From Thermodesulfobacteriota bacterium (lineage in GTDB: Bacteria > Desulfobacterota > Desulfobacteria > Desulfobacterales > SURF-7), in contig JBMORA010000001.1 of assembly GCA_049320885.1 (NCBI GenBank), positions 306,622 to 370,621 of the forward strand: DNA of 64,000 bases, given 5' to 3'. The notes under the pieces were generated by a model that saw only the letters and a list, made by a program, of their open reading frames with translations, was not told the origin of the DNA and ran no database searches. The position numbers and the translations under genes were made by a program. Positions 9,028-16,050 of this stretch are shown in pieces (within the stretch, counting starts at the first letter, position 1; the number at the start of each line of letters is the position of its first letter).

Positions 9028-9108
9028 TGGGGTACGGCTGAAAATCACCATCGAATCGATTGTTCCCGGTTTTTTCCGGCGCCGGCGCCCCATGCAAGAA
9101 CAGATGAC

Positions 9109-9200
9109 AGGGGCAATGGTGCTGGGCACCCCGCGGTCTTCAAAACCGTCGGCCTCGCCTGAAAATCGAGGAGGAGGTTCGATTCCCCTTGCCCCTTCCA
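9109..9200 (+). tRNA. selC*: UCA-anticodon tRNA with modified 8/4 fold and U73: selC*-type tRNA-Cys(UCA), a tRNA-Sec mimic
   Basis: Acceptor stem AGGGGCAA/TTGCCCCT (8 bp, A1:U72); D-arm GGTGC/GCACC; anticodon arm GCGGT-CTTCAAA-ACCGT (TCA at 9140-9142); long variable arm CCTCG/CGAGG; T-stem GG(A bulge)GG/CCCC with TTCGATT loop; discriminator T9197; encoded CCA. Confidence 0.88.
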
Positions 9201-9225
9201 AACCAGGAAAACCGTTTCGAACGCT

Positions 9226-11151
9226 ATGGACAGATATTATACCATCGGTGTGGCCGGCCATGTGGACCACGGCAAGACTTCCCTGATTCGCTGCCTGACG
9301 GGTATCGATACGGACCGCCGGACGGATGAAAAACTCCGCGGCATCTCCATCGATGCGGGGATCGCGCCGCTGGATATGCCCGACGGACACCGTATCGCCC
9401 TGGTGGATGTGCCCGGGCATACGGATTACCTGAAAAACACCGTGCGCGGACTCCATGCCGTCGACAGCGCGGTTCTGGTGGTGGCCGCCGATGACGGCAT
9501 CATGCCCCAGACAGTGGAGCATCTGGAAATTTTACGCTTTTTCAAGGTCAGCAAGGGGTTCGTAGTATTGAGCAAGACCGATCTCGTGGATCCGGAAACC
9601 AGGGAAATAGCCATGCTGGAAATCGAGGATGCCGTGAAGGGGACTTTTCTAGAGGGCTGCCCCATCGTCCCCTTCTCTGCTGTCCAAGGCGCAGGCAGGG
9701 AGGAAGTCCTGCAGCAGATCATCCAAACCACCGATGACGAAAAACGAACCGTGACGAAAGATTTTTTCCGGATGTGGATCGATCAAGTGCGGATCCGCAA
9801 GGGATTCGGAACCGTAGTCAGCGGGACAATCCTGTCCGGCAGCCTTCGCAAGGACGACGCGGTTCAACTGTTGCCGGCCGGAACCGTCGTCCGGGCGCGG
9901 ACCATCGAATCCCACGGCCGCAGCATCGAACAGGCCTGTCCGGGACAGCGCGTGGGCGTTAATCTGCACAAAATACCGGCAACCGATGTCGTCAGGGGAA
10001 TGGCCCTGTCGCAACCGGACGCCATCATTCCAAGCTATCTGCTGAATGCGGATCTCCGACTTCTCGGCAACACCGGGAAAAATCTGAAAAGCCGACAACG
10101 GGTGAAACTGCACATCGGCGCTTCCGTCACCAGCGCCATGATCGTTCTCATGGATGCGAAGGAACTGACGCCGGGCGGACAATGCCTGGCCCAGTTGCGC
10201 CTGCTGAAACCGGCGGCCGCAAGGTCACGCGATCCTTTTGTAGTCACCCCGCTGAACCGCAATACCGTCATCGGCGGCGGAACCGTTCTGGAACCGACAC
10301 AGGAGAAATACCGTAGCGCCAAATCGGCCGGAATCGTTCCGATGCTGTCGGCTCTCCGGAGCGGCAATCTTGCCGGATATTTGGATTTGTTTTTCGGCCA
10401 TCAGCAAACCCACGCTTTCTCCGCCCGGGAACTCACGGAAAAGACCGGATGGCCTCTCCCGCAACTCGAAGCGGAAATCAACGCCCGGGTGCGGAAAGGG
10501 GACCTGATTTATATCAAGGGGCTGGGCGCCCTTGCAAAAACGGAGTTCCGCCGACTCAAGGACGAAGTCCTTTTCTCCGTCGAAAGGCTTTTCCAGAGCA
10601 ACGCCGCCAAAAAAATCATCCATGAAAAGGAGATCGCCCATGATTTGTCCGCTCTTCTGGAAGAAAAACTGCTGCAAGGCATCATCGAGGAATGGTGTCA
10701 TGATGAAAAACTGACAAAAACCGGGGGCGGATTCCTCAACCCGTATTACAATGAGGCTCCGGCCACGGTTCTTTCCCCTCAGATGGAACAAACGATCCGG
10801 CTGCTCCTGGAGCATGCCCGGTCCAGCGGAATGTCGCCTTTCAGCGCCGACAGTTTCTGGAAGGCTCACGAAAAAAAACTGAACAAGCCGAGAGTCCAGC
10901 AGGCCATGGAATACCTGGCCGAGCGGAAACAGTTGATCCGCCTGCGGGACAACCGTTTTCTCGATCCGGAATCCCTGGAAATCATCAAGGAACGGGTCAG
11001 AAGCGCCATCCAGGCCAAAGGCTTCATCACCTTATCAGACAGCAGGGAAATATTAGGATACGGCCGCTGGGGCGGGGCGCCGGTATTGGACCATCTGGAT
11101 AAAATCGGCTTCACCGTCCGGATCGGGGACAAACGCCTGATCCGGCAATGA
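9226..11151 (+). CDS. selB: SelB-family translation elongation factor, divergent (selB*-like)
   Basis: GHVDHGKT, DVPGH and SKTD GTPase motifs, GFGTVVSGT, C-terminal winged-helix region; starts 25 nt after the UCA tRNA. Confidence 0.92.
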   Translation: MDRYYTIGVAGHVDHGKTSLIRCLTGIDTDRRTDEKLRGISIDAGIAPLDMPDGHRIALVDVPGHTDYLKNTVRGLHAVDSAVLVVAADDGIMPQTVEHLEILRFFKVSKGFVVLSKTDLVDPETREIAMLEIEDAVKGTFLEGCPIVPFSAVQGAGREEVLQQIIQTTDDEKRTVTKDFFRMWIDQVRIRKGFGTVVSGTILSGSLRKDDAVQLLPAGTVVRARTIESHGRSIEQACPGQRVGVNLHKIPATDVVRGMALSQPDAIIPSYLLNADLRLLGNTGKNLKSRQRVKLHIGASVTSAMIVLMDAKELTPGGQCLAQLRLLKPAAARSRDPFVVTPLNRNTVIGGGTVLEPTQEKYRSAKSAGIVPMLSALRSGNLAGYLDLFFGHQQTHAFSARELTEKTGWPLPQLEAEINARVRKGDLIYIKGLGALAKTEFRRLKDEVLFSVERLFQSNAAKKIIHEKEIAHDLSALLEEKLLQGIIEEWCHDEKLTKTGGGFLNPYYNEAPATVLSPQMEQTIRLLLEHARSSGMSPFSADSFWKAHEKKLNKPRVQQAMEYLAERKQLIRLRDNRFLDPESLEIIKERVRSAIQAKGFITLSDSREILGYGRWGGAPVLDHLDKIGFTVRIGDKRLIRQ

Positions 11152-11202
11152 CGATAAACCGGCTCCGTTTTTCGATGGAGCCAATACGGAAAGGGAGACG
11201 AC

Positions 11203-12480
11203 ATGAGCGAAGAGTATACAAGCATGTGGCAATCGTTGGGACTCGACCTGGCTGCCCATGACGCCTTGCTGAATGTCCTGGGGCAGGCCTACCAGGACAT
11301 TTACCTGGCCCAGAAGAACCGGCCCGATGGAATGAAGTACTTCGACTTCGTGATGAGCGAAGTCCATGGCCTGCGCATCAAGGAACTGCTGGAGGAGAAA
11401 GCGGCTGGCAGAAAAATCGTCGGCAGTTATTGCGTCTTCGTTCCGGAGGAAATCGTGCTGGCGGCCAACGCCACCCTGGTGGGCCTGTGCGCCGGAGCCG
11501 ATTTCGCCCTGGAGGAGGCGGAAAAACTGCTGCCGCGCAATACCTGTTCCCTGATCAAATCCACCTTCGGCTTCAAACTGGGCAAGGTCTGCCCCTATCT
11601 GGAATCCGCCGACATGGTGGTGGGGGAGAACACCTGCGACGGCAAAAAGAAAGCCTACGAAATTTTGGACACCCTCATTTCCAACTTGTATGTCATGGAT
11701 CTGCCCCAGGTGAAATCCGTCGCCGGACGCGAACTCCTGAAAACCGAATACTACCGATTCAAGGCAGCCCTGGAAAAACTGACGGGCGTTACCGTGGATA
11801 AGCAGGCCCTGGAAAAAGGTATCAAAACCGTCAACGAAAAACGCAAGGCTGTTCACCGCCTGAACCGGCTGCGCGCCGCCGACCCGGCCCCCATATCCGG
11901 CCTGGACGCCCTGTTGGTCAATCAGGTGTTTTTCTATGACAACCCGGCCCGCTTCACTTCCTCCGTGAACATGATCTGTGACGAACTGGAGGGCCGCATC
12001 CGGGAGAAGTCCGGCATTTCCTCCGGAAAGCGTCCCAGAATCCTGGTATCCGGCTGTCCCATGGCCGTGCCCAACTGGAAACTTCCCTGGATTGTGGAAA
12101 CCTCCGGCGCGGTCATCGTGGGTGAGGAATCCTGCGTGGGCGAACGCGGCAGCAGAAACCTGGTGAACGGGGACGGCACTACCCTGGATGATCTGATGGA
12201 AGCCGTCATCGACCGGTACTTCGCCATCGACTGCGCCGTGTTCACGCCCAATCAAAGCCGGCTCGATCATATCGTTGAAATGGCCGCCGCCTACAAGGCG
12301 GACGGCGTCATTCACTATGGCCTGCAATTTTGCCAACCCTATTTGATGGAGTCCCTGCCCGTTGAAAAAGCCTTGAAGGATAAAGGGATTCCGGTCCTGC
12401 GGGTGGAAACCGACTACGGCCCGGAAGACGCCGGTCAGCTCAAGACCCGGGTGGAGGCCTTCCTGGAGATGCTCAAATAA
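11203..12480 (+). CDS. Double-cubane-cluster anaerobic reductase (2-hydroxyacyl-CoA dehydratase family, DCCP-like)
   Basis: N-terminal MWQSLGLDLAAHD...YFDFVMSEVHGLRIKEL, YCVFVPEE, ENTCDGKKK, EESCVG, DCAVFTPN, QFCQPY, ETDY...GQLKTRVEAF. Confidence 0.85.
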   Translation: MSEEYTSMWQSLGLDLAAHDALLNVLGQAYQDIYLAQKNRPDGMKYFDFVMSEVHGLRIKELLEEKAAGRKIVGSYCVFVPEEIVLAANATLVGLCAGADFALEEAEKLLPRNTCSLIKSTFGFKLGKVCPYLESADMVVGENTCDGKKKAYEILDTLISNLYVMDLPQVKSVAGRELLKTEYYRFKAALEKLTGVTVDKQALEKGIKTVNEKRKAVHRLNRLRAADPAPISGLDALLVNQVFFYDNPARFTSSVNMICDELEGRIREKSGISSGKRPRILVSGCPMAVPNWKLPWIVETSGAVIVGEESCVGERGSRNLVNGDGTTLDDLMEAVIDRYFAIDCAVFTPNQSRLDHIVEMAAAYKADGVIHYGLQFCQPYLMESLPVEKALKDKGIPVLRVETDYGPEDAGQLKTRVEAFLEMLK

Positions 12481-12490
12481 TTCGGGAACC

Positions 12491-12524
12491 AAAACTCCGG
12501 TTGTCTCGGGCGACAACCGGAGTT
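12491..12524. terminator. Intrinsic terminator between convergent genes
   Basis: 13-bp perfect stem AACTCCGGTTGTC/GACAACCGGAGTT; short T-run on the - strand. Confidence 0.7.
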
Positions 12525-13664
12525 CTACCCACGCAGTTCTTTCACCGCCCGGACGACCACCTCCGCTGCCCGGTCGATCTCGCCTACGGTGGTCATCCTC
12601 CCGGTGGTGAACCGCAGCGTCCCCTTGGCCCACGCCTCGGGGAGCTTCATGGCCGTCAGCACATGGGAGATTTCCACATGGTCCGAATGGCAGGCGGCCC
12701 CGGCGGATGCGGCGACCTCAAGACCGATCCGCTCCAGAATGCGGCTGGCCTCCAGCTGGAAGAAAGAAATGCTGGCGGTGTTGGGCAACCGCAGTTCCGG
12801 ATGGCCGTTGAACCGGATATCCGTGAGTTCCGTTCCTAGAATGCCCTCCAAACGATTCCGCATGGCTTGCATGTGGCCCGCGCCGCTTTCCATAGTGGCG
12901 GCGGCGAGTTCACAGGCCTTGCCGAGGCCCACGATGCCCATCACGTTTTCGGTCCCTGCCCGGCTTCCTCTTTCCTGTCCCGCTCCGTGACAGAAAACCT
13001 TCGGCTCCACCCCGTTACGGATATACAGGCCGCCGACTCCTTTGGGCGCATACAGTTTATGACCCGCGAAGGATAGCAGATCCACCCCCAACGCGTCTGC
13101 TTCCACCCGGATCTTTCCAAGGGATTGAGCCGCATCCGTATGCATCAGAACCCCGGCTTTGCGGGCCAGGGCGGCAATTTCCGCAACCGGCTGGATGGTT
13201 CCCACTTCGTTGTTGGCATGCATGATGGAAATCAGGATGGTGTCCGGAGTAATTGCCGCGGCCACATCGGATGGGGCTACCATTCCGGTTTCATCCACCG
13301 GCAGATAAGTGACCGAGAATCCAAGGCCTTCCATATACCTACAGGTTTCAAGCACCGCCGGATGCTCCACCAGACTGGTTATCAAATGCTTGCCGCGGGC
13401 GAAACGGTTGCCGGCGATGCTCTTGATGGCCTGATTAATGGATTCGGTGCCGCCGCTGGTGAAAATAATTTCTTCCGCGGTGCAATCGATCAAACCGGCC
13501 ACCTGCCGCCGGGCCGCCTCCACAGCCTGTTTGGGACGGATTCCATACCAATGGGAACTGGACGGGTTGCCGAATTCCGTTTCCAGATAAGGCCTCATGG
13601 CGGCGATGACTTCCGGCGCATGCGGCGTGGTCCCGTTGTAATCCAGATAAATGGGTTTGGTCAT
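12525..13664 (-). CDS. Cysteine desulfurase / selenocysteine lyase family (NifS/IscS group I)
   Basis: IYLDYNGTTP, FGNPSS, FTSGGTE, HTDAAQ, GHKLYAPKGVG, catalytic loop ASAGAACHS. Confidence 0.92.
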   Translation of the reverse strand: MTKPIYLDYNGTTPHAPEVIAAMRPYLETEFGNPSSSHWYGIRPKQAVEAARRQVAGLIDCTAEEIIFTSGGTESINQAIKSIAGNRFARGKHLITSLVEHPAVLETCRYMEGLGFSVTYLPVDETGMVAPSDVAAAITPDTILISIMHANNEVGTIQPVAEIAALARKAGVLMHTDAAQSLGKIRVEADALGVDLLSFAGHKLYAPKGVGGLYIRNGVEPKVFCHGAGQERGSRAGTENVMGIVGLGKACELAAATMESGAGHMQAMRNRLEGILGTELTDIRFNGHPELRLPNTASISFFQLEASRILERIGLEVAASAGAACHSDHVEISHVLTAMKLPEAWAKGTLRFTTGRMTTVGEIDRAAEVVVRAVKELRG

Positions 13665-13956
13665 GGGTTACCCTTTTCCAGCATGAAAACGCGGTCTACA
13701 AACTTGTAAATGTCCTCCACTTCTGCTTGCAGCGCCTCATCCGTCTTTCGTCAGGGAGATATCATAAAACATCGGCATTGTCTAATATCTCCAGAATGGT
13801 GGATGCCTATAGAATTCATGAATGAAGGTGCGATTTATAATTCATATTATCTATTTGTATATCCTTTCATTCCATGGTTTTATCTATTTTTCAGCCAAAT
13901 CGTCAAGCCGGCCGGGAGTTAGGAACGGATATCAACAATCAAGAAAAGGATTCGTC

Positions 13957-15969
13957 ATGAACAATTGCAGGGCAGAAGTTTTCAGGTTGTTTTTTCTAGT
14001 AGTAATCGCTGTATCGCTGATCACGGGATGCGGCAGTTCTTCGGACTCGACGGACGGTGGTAGTCCGGCGCCGGGGAACGACACGGGCAAGCCCACGGCA
14101 GCCCAGACCGGCGACCTGTCATTGTTTCCCAATGCCGATCTGCTGGCCTCGGCCACGGATCTGGTCACCGACGAAGGCGTGATGAAAAACATGGCTGAGT
14201 GGGTCATTGTCGATACTAGGTCCGCCGCCGACTATGCCGCGGGGCATATCCCGGGCGCCATCAACCTTCAATGGGATTCCTTTGCCGTCCGGGACGGCTC
14301 CACGCCCAAAGGCAGCCTGCTGCCCGTGGACAGCCTCGCGGCGGTCCTGGGAGCCGCGGGACTGACAGAGGACACCGCCGTGATTTTTTATGACGACACC
14401 CTGGCTTCCCGGGGTTCGGCCGGACGTTTATTCTGGATGCTGGAGTATCTCGGCAACACCCGTTGCAGAATCCTCAACGGCGGCTGGGACAAATGGGCCG
14501 CCGATGACCTCCCGACGGAAACCACCGTCAACACCCTTCCCGCCGCCGTATTCGTACCGGACGTCGATGCCTCCGTTCGGGCCGATAAAACCGGAATCGC
14601 CGCCAGACTCAATCATGACGATTTTGTCCTGGTGGACACCCGCACCGATGAGGAATTCACGGGCTGGCGCCTGTATGACGAAGCCCGCGAAGGGCATGTG
14701 AAAGGAGCGGTCCACCTGCCCTTCGCCTGGTGCTTCAACGCGGACAAATCGGTCCTGAGCCATGCGGCTCTGAAAACCCTGCTGGAATCGCGGGGTATCA
14801 CGGGCGACAAGGAAATCGCGGCCTATAGCACGGACGGTGTCCGCAGCGGGTTCCTGTATTTCCTGGGACGTCTGATGGGGTATGACGTCATCGCCAATTA
14901 CGACGCTTCCATCCGGGAATGGGCCGAAGGCGATGACACAACATACCCCATGGAAAAAATGGCAGGATATTCCGAGCTGGTCTATCCGGCGTGGGTCAAG
15001 GCCCTGATCGATTATCACGCCCCGGGCAGCGCCACCGAAGCACCGCCGGGATATCTCCATGATCGTGGTCATCGCCATATCATCTTCGAAACCCAGTGGG
15101 GCAGCTTCGAGGACATGGCCAACGGGTGGGCGGACGACGCTTATCTGAAAGGGCATATTCCCGGCGCCGTGCATTCCAATTCGGACACTTACGAAAACGG
15201 ATTCCCCCGCTGGTTTTTGCTGCCGGAAGACCAGTTGAAGCAGGCGCTGGGCAGCATGGGCGTCACCGCCGACGCCACGGTGGTGGTGTACAGCAACAAC
15301 CCCATTTTTGCCGCCCGCCTGTGGTGGATCTTGAAATACGCGGGGGTGCAGGACGTCCGATTGCTCAACGGCGGCTATGACGCCTGGGTTGCAGCCGGCT
15401 ACGAATCCGAAACCACCGTGAACGACTCCGCGGCGGTCACCTATGACGGTTCGGTTGTACCAGGTCTGATCGCCGCAACGGATTATGTTGCGGCCAATTA
15501 TAATACCGGCGGCGCCGTCCTGGCCGATGTGCGCACCTGGGCGGAATACATCGGTGAGACCAGCGGCTACAGCTATGTCGTCAACAAGGGCCGCATTCCG
15601 GGCGCTGTCTGGGCCTATAATGCGGACAATCCGGATCGGGAATACCTGGATGATGACGGCACCCTTCGCAGCTTCACCGAGGTAAGAGGCATGTGGGCAG
15701 GTCTGGGGATTACCGCCGCGGAGGGAAGTTCAACCTTTGACCGGGAGGTCATTTTCTACTGTGGGAGCGGTTACCGCTCCAGCCTGAGCTTTCTCCATGC
15801 CCATCTGATGGGATATCAAAATGTGCGGAACTATTCGGACGGCTGGGAGGGTTGGAGCACCACCTATACCGAATCCCCCGATTATGTCGCCGATCCGGCG
15901 GTTCCCGGCAGCACGGACGGCTGGCTCCAAGACCCCTCCGGAAGACCGGTTGCCAGCGGCGCTCCCTGA
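13957..15969 (+). CDS. Four-domain rhodanese (sulfurtransferase) lipoprotein
   Basis: Lipobox LITG-C; repeated GHIPGA/GHVKGA/GRIPGA motifs; last domain IFYCGSGYRS; second domain has YSTDGVRS (Ser in place of Cys). Confidence 0.88.
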   Translation: MNNCRAEVFRLFFLVVIAVSLITGCGSSSDSTDGGSPAPGNDTGKPTAAQTGDLSLFPNADLLASATDLVTDEGVMKNMAEWVIVDTRSAADYAAGHIPGAINLQWDSFAVRDGSTPKGSLLPVDSLAAVLGAAGLTEDTAVIFYDDTLASRGSAGRLFWMLEYLGNTRCRILNGGWDKWAADDLPTETTVNTLPAAVFVPDVDASVRADKTGIAARLNHDDFVLVDTRTDEEFTGWRLYDEAREGHVKGAVHLPFAWCFNADKSVLSHAALKTLLESRGITGDKEIAAYSTDGVRSGFLYFLGRLMGYDVIANYDASIREWAEGDDTTYPMEKMAGYSELVYPAWVKALIDYHAPGSATEAPPGYLHDRGHRHIIFETQWGSFEDMANGWADDAYLKGHIPGAVHSNSDTYENGFPRWFLLPEDQLKQALGSMGVTADATVVVYSNNPIFAARLWWILKYAGVQDVRLLNGGYDAWVAAGYESETTVNDSAAVTYDGSVVPGLIAATDYVAANYNTGGAVLADVRTWAEYIGETSGYSYVVNKGRIPGAVWAYNADNPDREYLDDDGTLRSFTEVRGMWAGLGITAAEGSSTFDREVIFYCGSGYRSSLSFLHAHLMGYQNVRNYSDGWEGWSTTYTESPDYVADPAVPGSTDGWLQDPSGRPVASGAP

Positions 15970-16011
15970 ACCGGGTTACTCATCCGGGGATATGGGAAAA
16001 CGATTGTGGGG

Positions 16012-16048
16012 AAAAAGGCCGCCCCGGTGGGAACCGGGGCGGCCTTTT
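16012..16048. terminator. Bidirectional intrinsic terminator
   Basis: AAAAA-GGCCGCCCCGGT-GGGA-ACCGGGGCGGCC-TTTT between convergent genes. Confidence 0.88.
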
Positions 16049-16050
16049 GA

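Noticed and set aside
9109..9200. Canonical tRNA-Sec (selC) call
   Set aside because: The 8/4 fold with a T-stem bulge, U73 and A1:U72 do not fit the 8/5, G73 bacterial tRNA-Sec.
8810..9522. - strand ORFs 8810-9097 and 8902-9522
   Set aside because: Antisense to the tRNA, selB and the right leader; no protein-like motifs.
11053..12633. 526-aa - strand ORF
   Set aside because: Antisense shadow of the DCCP gene.
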